Of a stretch of 64,000 bases of DNA, positions 11,075 through 23,403 are shown piece after piece (position 1 is the first letter of the stretch; each line of letters opens with the position of its first letter). The notes under the pieces were generated by a model. The model did not search any database, had not been told where the DNA came from, and was given only the letters and a program-made list of their open reading frames with translations. Origin of the DNA: Azolla caroliniana (lineage: Eukaryota > Plantae > Polypodiophyta); NCBI GenBank assembly GCA_043228905.1, contig JBHGNT010000006.1, positions 19,282,001 through 19,346,000 on the forward strand. Direction: 5' to 3'. Position numbers and translations under genes: made by a program.

Positions 11075-13264
11075 TTGGAGATGGCGTCCTCAAGCAACCA
11101 AGCAGGAGAGCTCGAAAGGATGATGCTAATCGTCGAGCAAATGATGAGATCTCGGGACAACGACGCGAGCGTGGAGAAGGCTGTCGATCGTGTCGTAGAG
11201 CTCGAGGGCCAATTCGATGGAAGGAACGTTACGAAGTTCCTTGATGCATATAAGAGGGAGATGAATCAAAGGGACGTGTCCGAGGCACGTCAAATCGCAA
11301 GCTTCAAGAGAGTTGTCGCCAACAACATCCAAAGACACGTCATCGAGCCTCAAGAAGGAAAGACAACATGGTCCGAGTTCGAGAAAACGATACTAGCGGA
11401 GTTCGTGACTGAAGACTCAACGAGGATGACTCGACATGCCCTGATGAAGTGGATAGAGAAGAAGAATAAGAAGATGAGCGTCTCGAGGGTGTACGACGAA
11501 TTCGACCAGATGTTTAGTCGTCTCCCCAATACGGACCAAGTGTTGCTTGAAGAGGACGAGACTTTGTACTTCTTGAAGGCTGTGGACATAAAGGATAGAG
11601 GGGAGTTGGTGACTCTTCTCGAAGATGATACCCAAGCAAATGGGCTCGTAGCGGACTGGATCGCGGTGAAGCGGGCATGCAATAGGCTCGACAAGCGTCG
11701 CCAATGGGTTGATGACACCGACTTGACGGGACCGACTACCACGGAGAAAGCAAGATCGCCGAAAGTAGTTGAGCCGCCAAGACAAAGTAACGTGGAAGAA
11801 AAGAAGATTGATGACGACATCATTGAAGAGCTAGCGAAGAAGTTCAAGAGGTCACTCTAGCCAACATGAATCGTCGGGGCCCTAAAGGAAAAGAACCCTT
11901 TAGATGCGTGTGGTGCGATAGCATGGACCACATGAGAAGGGATTGTCCGAGCCTTCGAGAGGCGATTCGACAAAATATCGTATACATAGAGCACAACATG
12001 ATCTGCTCAAGCGAGACTAGAAGGAGGAATGAAGAGATCTATGGAGGATGCCGATGCGACTCATGTGGATGCGATGCACTATGCTGCGTCGGCCGGAATA
12101 AGAGTCGGGAAAGACAAGACTGAAGCTGCTAGAGCGGGAGCAAAGTTTTGGACTTCCGTTCTCGAATATGAGAAGAAGGGAAAAATCACATCGAACGAGG
12201 TAGAGCTTGCGGACCGAAGCGTGCAAAGCATAACCGGGTGGTCGGATCCGGTGGACGACAACACCATACTCGCAGAGGTGATGTGCGACAACCACGAGGT
12301 GTTCGTCGAAGAAAAGAGAAAGAGAATAGAAGAGCAAGGACCATCAAAAAGACATGAAACAAGGAACGTGAAAAAGAAGGACGATGCGGAGACGAGTCGA
12401 CCTTTACAAACGGAGGAACGAGAATCAAGCCGAAAAGGGGAGCTGAGCATACGAGTTGAAGAAACGGTTCGGCCCGTGAAGGTTGGTGTCGAAGACCCCG
12501 CTCAGAGGACAAGGACCATACCTACCTATAAGCTAAGGTCGGACATAGAGCAGACGACGGACCTAAAGAAGATTCTCGAAGAACGAGTTCTTGATAGCCA
12601 CGTAACTTTGTCCTTGAGGGAATTGCTTGGCATTACGAAGGAGTTCCATGACACGATCGTGGACCTTGTAAAGAGAAAGAGACAACAATCGGACGAGGAA
12701 GAAGAGAAGCCGCAAAAAGCAAAAACGAATGCCATAACGATGGCAAGAGACGAAATCGATGAAGATATGGTGGACAACCACTACACTCGACCTCATTGGG
12801 CACGAGCGACAACGGAGACGCCGGTGAAGATCGGGGAGAAGAAAGAGACCGTCGTAGCCTTGATCGACCACGGCTCGGAGATCAACCTCATGTCAACGGA
12901 CTTCTACAAAAAGGGAAGATGGCCAATTAATACAAACCACGGATGGAAGATTCGCGCGGCAACAAAGTCTACGGAGGACATGTACGGAGCTTGTCCCAAT
13001 GTCAAAGTCACGATCGGGGATGTGGAGATGGATCAACACTTCTTCGTACAAGAATCGGCATCGCATCCTGTCATCCTAGGGCAACCTTATATCACATCAT
13101 CTCGGATGGAGACCAAAGTGTTTGATAATGGAGCAGCCTTCGCACGAATAAAGAGTCTTGACAACCAAAGATCGGTCCAATTCACAAGACCCCACAAGAA
13201 AGAAGAGTGTGTGGATTGCAAGGAGAAGCAACATGTGTCACACCTAGTGGCGCATGTAAACTAG
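11075..13264 (+). pseudogene. gag: gag-protease of D
   Basis: Knuckle CVWCDSMDHMRRDC and protease ALIDHGSEIN, with frameshifts and small deletions relative to E. Confidence 0.9.
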
Positions 13265-16200
13265 TACTACCTGACAAGAAGCACAAGCACCGGATACAAG
13301 AATTCGAGATGATGCTGAAAGAAGAGAACATAATAGAAGAAGGAGAGTCCGTGACTCATATTATGGAAGAAGCCTCATTTAACGACACCATCGGCGAAAT
13401 TGAGGACATCGTGGACTTGAGCTATCTTCACAATCAACGTGTGATTTCGGTTAACTCCGTCAACATGTACGCTATCATCGATGAATACCGTCGTGGCATC
13501 TCGATGAATGAAGCTGACATCAACACGAAATATAAAATAGTGGATAAGAAGATCAAGCCAGTTGCGGTTCCGCTACCGGAAGATAGGTGGCAAAAGATGA
13601 AGGAAGTCGCTAACGATCCAAGCTTAAGAGATCCGAAGAAGATAGGTCATGACTTCACCAAAGAGACGAAGGGGAAGCTACGAGTTGGAAAGGAGGATTT
13701 CCTTCTCCCTGAAGAGGAGCGAATGTTTCGCGATATGCTTGAGAGACATGGGAAGGCTTTCACATTCTTCCCACGAGAAATCGGATACCCCGACCCAAAG
13801 GTTATAGAGCCAATGGTGATCTTCACGGTGCCTCATGTGCCTTGGAATTTGAAACCGATACCGGTTCCGAGAGCAAACCTTCCGAAGCTGATCGAGCTCT
13901 TAAAGGAGAAGGTGAGTATGGGAATTCTAGAACCGTCGAATGCTCCTTATTCCAATAGGTGGTTCACGGTGCCGAAGAAGAATGGATCATTGCGATTCAT
14001 CCAAGATCTTCAACCCGTCAATAAGGTGACAATTCGAAATGCCGGAATCGGTCCGAGCGTGGACGAATTTGCCGAAGCGTTTGCGGGCCGGTCCATCTAC
14101 TCCATTGGCGATCTCTACTCCGGATATGACGAATTCCAGTTGGCGATCGACAGTCGGGACATTACAACCATGAGGACTCCGATCGGGCTTGTGCGGATGT
14201 GTACCTTACCCCAAGGCGCAACGAACTCGGTGGCTCATATGGTGAATGCCATGAATAAAGTCTTGAAGGATTGCATTCCGGACATCACGATGCCATTCTT
14301 GGATGATATTCCGATAAAAGGATGTTTAGATGAGGAGAAAGATGAATCGAAAGATAAGGAAGGTTGTAGGAAGTTCGTTGCGGATCATATGAAAGATTGC
14401 GAGAAGGTGCTTCAAAGGCTCGAAGATGCGAATTTGACATTTTCGGGAGAAAAATCCGCATTCGGGCAACCGGAGATCTTGGTGGTAGGTCACTTGTGTG
14501 GAGCATATGGCCGGAAGCCATCGCCATCCAAAGTGAACGCAATCCAAGACATGAAAGAAGAATGCGAAAACCAAACGGAGGTTCGAAGGTTCCTTGGAGC
14601 GTGCGCGTTTTATCATATATGGATTCCTCACTACGCTCATGTCGCCGAACCGTTATATGGACTACTAAAGAAAAGAATAAAGTTCGAATGGCGAGACGAG
14701 CACATAGAGGCGATGCGAAGATTAAAGAAACTGCTTCTTGAAGCTCCGGCACTAAGGAAGGCCGACTATGCCGAAGGGAAACCAATTTATGTGACCGTAG
14801 ATACGAGCCCAACCGGAATCGGGTGGGTCATCAATCAAGAAGGTGAAGATAATGCGCGATATGCCGTCCGGTTCGGAGCAAAGGTTCTCAGCAAACGGCA
14901 ACAAAGATATGCCCAAGTCAAGCAGGAACTTTGGGGTATTGTGTCGGCAGTGAAGACGGACAAAGATTACCTGATCGGGTCAGAAGTGATAATAGAGACA
15001 GATTGTCTCCCAATTCTCGGAATGGTCTCGGGATGTGCGACCCCAGATCTTGCTATGCTAAGGTGGATCGCCTACATCAAGTCTTTAAACCTAGAGATCC
15101 GTCACATTGTAGGGAAGAAGAACGCCATGGCTGACATGCTCTCGAGGGCATGATTTTCAAATGGAAGTAACATGGTCTCGGAAGATGAAGATGTCGCCCT
15201 CGACTTCTTCAAGATGGCTCGATTGTCGGCGGAAGACCAAGACACGCAAAACCTCCATGCCTTCAACGAGAACGAGTACGAAGGAGAGTGGTTACTCATC
15301 GGTAGATTCCTAAGAACATTGACGACAGATGCTTCGTTGACAAAGGAGGAGGCCCTACGAATCTGAAAGAAAGCTTATCGATACTTCTTGAAGGGAGGAT
15401 TCCTTTGGCGACATCCAAAAAGAAGGACAGGAATACCACGTTGAGTGGTGGTAAATAAAGAAGAGCAAGAGACGCTGATGGCCGAATTCCACGAGAGTGC
15501 TTGGGCAGGTCATAGAGGAACATGGGCGACGTTCGAGAAATTGAAAGAGAAGTACTGGTGGCCAAGCATGTACAAAGATGTACTCCATTTCGTGTCCACA
15601 TGCAAAACTTGCCAAATATATTCAAATATACGTCATCGTGATGAGTTAAAGCCGACATACCCACTCACCATTCACTTCAAATGGATGGTGGATCTGGTCT
15701 CGATGCCAATGGGAGTGGGACAAATGAAGTACTTAGTGCTCGCAAGGGAAGACTTGACAAATCAAGTGGAAGGACGAGCCTTGACAAATAAGACGACTTC
15801 AGCCGTTTGTAAATTTTTACTTGAAGATGTTGTTTGCCGATATGGATGTGTAGGGAAGATAGTGGCCGACCGAGGGGAGTTGGATGCGCACGAAGCGACG
15901 GAGCTCTTCGAAAGACTAGGCGTGAAGCTCTCCCTCATGACTGCCTACAATCCGGAAGCAAATGGGAAGATCGAGCGAGCGTATGGACCTATCGTTAAAG
16001 CCATCGTACGGGCATGCAATGGTCGAGTCGGGAATTGGCCACGACTATTACCCTATGCCTTGTGGGCCGATAGAACAACACATAGCTCGGTGATAGGGTA
16101 TATGCCGACGGAGCTTATGTATGGACAAAAGCCGATTATGCCCATCGAAAGGACGATCGCCTCATGGGTAGCGATACCGTGGGAGAACGAGATGAGCCGA

Positions 16201-16626
16201 GAAGAGTTATTAGCGGCGCGGATAAGGCAACTTGAAAGAAGACCTGAAGATTTAGAAAAAGCGCGAAAGATGATGAAGGCAGCCCGAGTAAAGAACAAAG
16301 TTCGGTTCGACAACACGCATCGACTTCGTCCCAAGAAGATTGAAGAAGGGGATTGGGTTTTGGTTTACGACAGCACCCTTGACAATCAACATAGTACAAC
16401 AAGGAAGTTCGCAAGAAGATGGTTCGGGCCGTATGTGGTGACAAGTGCCAACGATAATGCGACATACCACCTTGCGGAACTAGACGGATCAAGGTTGGCC
16501 GTACCCATTGCGGGGAAAAGAGTAAAGCTTTTCAAGAAAAGACAAGACAAGGATCCTGACCTCGATTACCTCGACGATGAACATAATAGGCCGGATGAAA
16601 ATGAAGACATGGAGGAATCTAATTGA
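13207..16626 (+). pseudogene. pol: pol of D (RT, RNase H, integrase)
   Basis: PFLDDIPIKG, TVDTSPTGIG, integrase ADRGE…NPEANGKIE and RWFGPY; in-frame stops at 15153, 15366 and ~15445. Confidence 0.92.
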
Positions 16627-16698
16627 TCATCGTAGCCGAAATCTCACTTCTTGTCTTCTTGGCACGTACCGGAGGACGTGCGGTTTGGTGGGGGTGGA

Positions 16699-17796
16699 TG
16701 CCGTGAAGATTTTCGGCAATAGTGTGAAAATCCCATAAAACGTACAAAATCGAGTATGAATCACGTAATACAATAATTGTGAAGATAACATTTTTAATAT
16801 CTAAGTACAAAATGATGGAGGTTTCGAATGCACTTTACTACACGAGAAATAGACAACTAAATGTCAAGATATGAGGGTATAAAGTTTGTGAAAAGAAAAG
16901 AGAAAATTGTGAGATATCCCACATAGGCACGACAAATACGGCTCCCATCATATATAAGGTGGAGCAAAAGATATTATCTTTGTGTCTATGTGTGGAGCAT
17001 AGAGAGTTCAAGGTAACTTGAACTTAGAGTGGAGGTGGCTAGTTACTCGAAAAGGGTTTTGGCCAACCAAAACTGGACAGGCGATGGAGCCGGTGATCCG
17101 ACGGCATCCAACCGCAATCCGGCGGCGACATGCGGCACCGGTATCCGGCGTCGGCGAAAGCCGGTGATCCGACGGCATCCAACCGCAATCCGGCCGCGGC
17201 GTCGGCATCCGGCGGCAGCACTGGTATTCGGCGACAGCGGCGACACTGGTATTCGGCGACGGTATCCGGCGAACCGGCGACTAGATAAAATAAATATATA
17301 AAAATATATACATATTTACATATACAAGGAGGGCAAGTATGGATTCGAACCTTGCACCTCCAAGTTAGGAGTCAAATGGCTTACCATTAAGCCATGGTAT
17401 TTAGTTGAAATTATATTTCTATTATTGTACTTTTACATGTAAATTCTCATCCATGAGAGCTAAAATGAGTGACATGGTTAGCATGCACCACATGTAATAC
17501 TTAAGCGCCAAATGGAAAACATGCAATTTATGCATGTCTTGTACCCTCACATGCATCATATGCATGAGAGCATCTATAAAAGAGGGAAGGGGGAGGAGAA
17601 AAAAGACAGTTTTTTTGTATGAAAATTAAGAGGAAGAAACTTGTTATCAAATCAATTGTGTAATCTCAACTTCTCTCTTTCCCAATCTATCTTAAGTACT
17701 TTCTCGCCAAAGCTTGTATCGACTCTAAATCCTTCCGGTCCAGAACCCCGGCGGTTCCGCCTCACGATCCGCGCGTAGTGACGGATCTTCACGACA
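16699..17796 (+). repeat. 3' LTR of D
   Basis: Direct repeat of 9954-11013 following the PPT GGTGGGGGTGGA. Confidence 0.95.
17331..17401 (-). promoter_or_regulatory. tRNA-like Pol III A/B-box module in the D 3' LTR
   Basis: Minus strand TGGCTTAATGGTAAGCCATTTGACTCCTAACTTGGAGGTGCAAGGTTCGAATCC, with perfect D-stem GCTT/AAGC. Confidence 0.8.
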
Positions 17797-19713
17797 CCGG
17801 AACATACCAAAGCCATGAAGAAGCTTAAGAAAACACTACGGAGGGCGGAATCACTTAAGAAGTCGAGCTATGACCGACTGATTATAGTAACGGCTGACAC
17901 AAGTCCAACCGGAATCGGATGGGTCATCAATCAAGCCGACTCGGATGGTTCGCGATATCTGATCTGATTTGGAGCAAAGGTTCTCAACGAAAGGCAACGC
18001 GGGTATGCACAAGTCAAAAGAGAATTATGGGGAGTCATGTCGGCAATCAAATCGGATAGAGATTATTTGATCAGAGCCGAAGTAGTGATCGAAACGGATT
18101 GTCTTCCGATACTTGGGATGATGCGGTGTTGTACTATACCGGATGTGGCTATGCTAAGGTGGATTGCATATGTTAAGTCACTTAATCCGGAGGTACGACA
18201 CATCTCCGGAAAAGACAACGCGGTAGCGGATATGCTATCAAGGGCGCAGTTCGGAGACGACATAACCGTATCCGATAATGAAGAAGTTTACGAAGACTAC
18301 TTTGCTTCGGAGCACATATACCGGGTGCACGTAATCCGAGAATTCCGGGAAGAAGAATACGAGGGAGAAAGCTTGTTGATCGGGAAAGTGCTACAAGAAA
18401 TCGAGGAATCATCAGAAAATAAAGAGAAGAGAGCCGAGATCCGAAGTAAGAAGCGGCAAGTCCGAAAGTTCTTCTTGAAAAATGGATTAATATGGAGGGA
18501 GCCGAAAAGACCGGATGGCATACCACTTCGAGTAGTTAGGACAAAAGAACAACGAAACTAGATAATGTCCGAATTTCACGAATCCGATTGGGTTGGACAT
18601 CGGGGAACATGGGCAACATTTGTGAAGATCAAGCAAAGATATTGGTGGAAGAATATGTACAAAGATGTCGCGGAGTTCACGGAATGTTGCGAGAAATGCC
18701 AAGTCTACTCCGGGGTTCGACACCGAGATGAGTTACATTCGACATTCTCACCGACAATCAACTTCAAATGGATGGTCGACATTGTAGCCATGCCAACCGG
18801 GATCGGACAAAAGAAGTACTTGGTGTTAGCTCGGGAAGATCTCTCAAACCAAGTAGAAGGTCGAGCACTATGGAGGAAAACGTGTTCTGTGGTATGCCAA
18901 TTTCTTTTGGAAGAAGTGTTTTGAAGGTACGAATGCGTAGGAGAAGTGATTGTGGATCGGGGAGAACTCGACTCTGATAAAGCTAGGGAATTCTTCACCA
19001 AACATGGAGTTCGGTTAACACTAACAACAACGTACAATCCGGAAGCCAACGGGAAGATCGAACGAGGACATAGTCCAATTGTCAAAGAACTTGCAAAAGC
19101 ATGCGACGGAAGGGTGAAGGATTGGCCGCAGATGCTCCCGTATGGACTATGGGCGGATCGTACGATGCATAGTTTCGTGACCGGTTTTATGCCGGCCGAA
19201 CTCATGACCAGACAAGCACCGGTAATGCCGACGGAAACTGCAATTGCGACATGGACAGTGCTGCCGTGGAAGGAAGAGATGAGCCGGGAAGAACTACTAG
19301 TTGTCTGGATACGACAACTGGAGGGAAGACCGGAAGACATAGCGGAAGCAACATGCCGACAACAAGAAGCGCGATTCCGGAACAAAACCCGATTCGACAC
19401 AAAGCATTGACTACAATTGCGGAAGATTGAAGAAGGAGATTGGGTGATTGTCTATGACAGTACTTTGGATCATCAACGTACAACAATATGGAAGTTCGCG
19501 AAAAGGTGGTTCGGGCCATACAAGGTTCGGAAAGTTTTTGACAACGGAACTTACCGACTATGCGAGTTGTATGGAACAGTACTACGGGTGCCTATAGCAG
19601 GGAAACGGGTAAAGATTTTCAAGAAGCGGACTGACGAAGAACCCTATGTAACCCTAGACAAGACCGACATCGAGGAGAAACCGGACAAAGATCGTGGTGA
19701 TATGGAAAGCGAA
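17797..19713 (+). pseudogene. pol: pol of C, 3' part (RNase H, integrase)
   Basis: The frame EWRP|EHTKAMKKLK is restored across the D insertion. ORFs 18037-19746 carry RNase H and integrase motifs. Confidence 0.9.
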
Positions 19714-19847
19714 GAATATACATTACTTTCTTATAATAAAACATAAATGAAAATAATATTTTATGAATTACAATAGATGGTGTGATGGTTAAGAGCTCGA
19801 CCCATATACCATAAGGTCATGGGTTCGAGTCTTGCCATATCCTGACA
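19714..19847 (-). repeat. Truncated 3' LTR of F (U3 end only)
   Basis: Matches 37496-37629 and abuts the PPT AAGGGGGAGATAG. Confidence 0.9.
19771..19842 (+). promoter_or_regulatory. tRNA-like Pol III A/B-box module in the F 3' LTR
   Basis: TGGTGTGATGGTTAAGAGC…GGGTTCGAGTC; the A-box T and B-box T are 46 nt apart, as T8 and T54 are in tRNA. Confidence 0.75.
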
Positions 19848-19858
19848 CTATCTCCCCC

Positions 19859-22630
19859 TTAAAGATGACGAGTGGAACGAGTCGGTGCTGATTGCGGACC
19901 GGGTTTGTTCGGATACTTTCGGTGGAAATTAGCAAGCAGATCCTGAGCATTGGCAACATGCTCGACGGGTTCCCAAGTGCATTCGCTCGGACTATAACCA
20001 ACCCAATCGACCAAATAATAAAAGTTTGTTGCGAATAAGTTTGGAATCGAGGATGGCAGCAACTTCATACTCCGGGCCGGCGTCCAACTCCAACGGGGGT
20101 GGCGGTGGTGTAACACGATCGGGAATGGTGTTTGCTTTATAAGGTTCAAGAAGAGAACAATGGAAAACCGGATGTATCTGAAGCTGCGGAGGGAGATCAA
20201 GGTGGAATGTGACATCATTAACTTTACCTGTAATATGGAAAGGACCGAATCGTCGATAGTCCAACTTGTCACACGGTCGAGTAGTCTTGATGTGACGATG
20301 TAAGAGCCATACTCGATCTCCGATGGCAAAAGAGGAGGGAAGCCGATGACGATCCGTGTAAGTCTTCTGTGTCTGTTGAGCATGACGAAGATGAGTCGAG
20401 AGATCTGTCTGGATCTTGCGTAGTCTCTCCAAATGATCCCTGGCACGAGGATTGGTAGGTAGCTTTGGGGTGACGATCACCGACCAACGAGGATGAGAAC
20501 CGGTATAAGCGTAGAATGGGGAGACTCGAGTCAAGGAGTGAACACCATTATTATACGCAAACTCCGCAAAGTGGAGAATCTCGGCCCAATCGTCCTGTTG
20601 ATAACTCAAGAAACACCGGAGATATTGCTCCAGCGTTTGGTTTGTTTGTTCTGCCTGCCCATCGGTTTGAGGATGGTAGCCAGAGGAGAGGTTGCAAGAG
20701 ACCTTGAGCATCTTGAAGAGATGATACCAAAATTTGGAGACAAATTGCGGTCCTCGGTCACTAATGATACTGTTTGGGAGGCCATGATGCCGAAATACCT
20801 CACGCATGACTAGGGCGGCGGTTTCCTCGCTAGTGATGGCCTTAGTACACGGAACAAAATGTGCCATCTTTGTATATCGATCGACGACGGTTAAGATAGC
20901 ATCGAACCCCTGCGAGACCGGAATATCTGTGATAAAATCAAGACAAATAGACTGCCACGGCTTACTTGGAATCGGTAAGGGTTCCAACAAGCCATATGGA
21001 TGGTGTCGTGCCATCTTTGCTCGGCAGCAAGCATCACAGGTCCGAACGTAGTCATCGAAAAAATGACGCATGTGGGGCCACCAAAAAGATCGCTGCACTA
21101 GCTCCAACGTCTTAGTACTACCGAAATGTCCCGCCGTATGGGTGTCGTGACAATGCTGGACGATTTGAAGGCGACCGGAGCAATCGGGGACATATACGTG
21201 CTTTTTAAAGAATAACAAACCATCATGATATTCGAATTGTCGGTAGTCAATACCTGGTTGTTGGGATTGAGAACAGGATGCCCGAGAAGTATCAATGTGC
21301 GCCAGGATGTCTTGAGCAAAACTACCCGTCTTCAAGTTTGCACGTATGTCATCGGTAATCCGTGAATCCATCCGGGTGTGAAAAATCCGCGTTGTGTACA
21401 ATCGTGTTGGTCCCAAGATTACTTGCTTTTGATTATCAAATGTTGGATCACCAGGACGAGGTGCAAGATATGAACGCCGTGATAGTGCATCTGCTTTTCC
21501 TTGCTGCTTCCCCGGTCGATATGTGATTTTGAAGTCGAAACGCGTGAGGAATTGCGCCCACCGAGCTTGCCGTCGATTTAGTACGCGAGCGTTCTGGAAA
21601 TAAGCAAGATTTTTATGATCACTAAAGACAACGACCTGATGTGGAGAGCCCTCTAAGAAATGCCGCCATTGCACAAATGAATCCACGATGGCTAATAACT
21701 CCTTGTCATGTATTTCGTAGTTGATTTCCGCAACATCGAATTTGCGCGAATGGAAAGCCACCGGATGCAGCTCTTCTTTATCTCCATGATGAATGGTTTG
21801 CTAGTGTCCACATGAGCTAGAATCGGTGCTGATGTAAAAGGCTTTCTTAAGATGCCGAAAAGCCATATTTGCTTCAATGGACCAAAGAAATGCTTGGCCC
21901 TTCTTTGTAAGTTGTGTGAGGGGTAAGATAATCTTCGAGTAATCCTGTATAAACTTACGGTAGAAGTTAGCAAAACCTAGAAAACATTGTACATCTCGTA
22001 CCGACCGTGGAATTTGCCACTCTAGTACAGTTTGGACTTTAGCTGGATCCATGGCGATGCCCTTTGAGGAGATGACGTAGCCTAGAAATTCCACTTGCTT
22101 GCAGTCAAAGCTACATTTTTCTAGCTTGGCATAAAGACCATTCTCGCGGAGTCGCTTTAGTACTAATAGTACATGAGAATCGTGCTCTTGCTGGGTCTTC
22201 GAATAAATCAATAGATCATCAAGATAGATGATCAAACAGATATCCAAGAGGTCTCTGAATATATCATTTGCCATGTGTTGGAAGACTGCGGGTGCATTGG
22301 TTAGGCCGAACGGCATAACAGTATACTCGAAATGCCCATACCGCGTGCGAAAGGCGGTCTTCCATTCATCTCCCGGTTGGATCCGCACGAGGTTATGCGC
22401 TCCTCGTAGATCGATTTTGGTAAAAAACTTGGCACCATTAATTCGCTCTAAAAGACTTGATATAAGAGGAAGTGCATACCTATTCCGGATGGTGACCTTA
22501 TTCAATCCGCGGTAATCAACGACGAGACAAAGTGAGCCATCTTTCTTCTTGACAAAGAAGATGGGTGCACCGGCCGGAGATTTCGAATGACGGATGAACC
22601 CACTTGCCAAGTTCTCCTCTATGTAGGCTC
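19859..22630 (-). pseudogene. pol: pol of F (RT, RNase H, integrase, chromodomain)
   Basis: ORFs 21801-22610, 19992-21761 and 19859-20446, separated by frameshifts. Confidence 0.92.
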
Positions 22631-23393
22631 TGACGGGAACTCAACGCTCCCTTTGCGCAACGCTCGGCCACAACCGAGCTTAGGATCATACACAGAAAAC
22701 GGGAAACAAATGCACGACACAAAGGAGAGAAAAGGTAGACAAGATGTTTACGTGGAAAACCCAAACTGAGGGAAAAACCACGGCAGCCCACAGGTTGCAA
22801 ACTATCACTATATTGGAATGTACAAACAATGAGTTCACGGAGGCAACGACCTCGTGCTCACGATCTTTGCCACAGGCGGCGGTTACAACAGAGGCAGCAA
22901 CCTCTTTCTCTCTCTCTCTCTCTTTGTACATTGTTACACGCTCTAATCTCGTGCAAAAACAGGAATGACAACAACAACAACAACAACAATAGTTACTAAA
23001 AGTTTGCCCTAAGTCATATTTATACTAATATGACTTTTTGGCTATTTACAAATATAGCCTCGATGGACTCTCAGAAACATATTTATGAATATGTCTCTTC
23101 ATCCGGTTCTCACCGGGTCTGTACCATCCGGCTCTCCGTAGCCGGGTACTCATCCGGTTCTCACCGGGTCTGCACCATCCGGCTCTCCGTAGCCGGGTAC
23201 TCCTCCTCCGGCTCTCACTGGGTCTGCACCATCCGGCTCTCCGTAGCCGGGTACTCCTCATCCGGTTCATACCGGGTCTGTACCATCCGGCTCTCCGTAG
23301 CCGGGTACTCCTCATACGGTTTCGGCCTCGGCCTAGCTTGTTAATCAGCATTGTTCTTCTCCCTTCCCATCCGGAGGGACCTGTCTCCCAACA
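22631..23393 (-). repeat. 3' LTR of G
   Basis: TG…CA termini; homologous to 34672-35199. Confidence 0.92.
23100..23315. repeat. Four copies of a ~54-bp tandem repeat in the G LTR
   Basis: Unit CCGGGTCTGYACCATCCGGCTCTCCGTAGCCGGGTACTCCTCATCCGGTTCTCA; also present at ~34903-35122. Confidence 0.9.
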
Positions 23394-23403
23394 AACTCCC
23401 ACT

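Larger units (their letters stand above)
9954..17796 (+). mobile_element. Element D: structurally complete Ty3/gypsy, tRNA-Trp primed
   Basis: Two near-identical LTRs, 4-bp TSD CCGG (9950-9953 / 17797-17800), PBS, and PPT at 16687-16698. Confidence 0.95.

Noticed and set aside
23100-23315. CRISPR-like array or repeat-protein ORFs (23030-23344, 34833-35150)
   Set aside because: Head-to-tail repeats without unique spacers, inside an LTR; the ORFs arise because the unit length is a multiple of 3.
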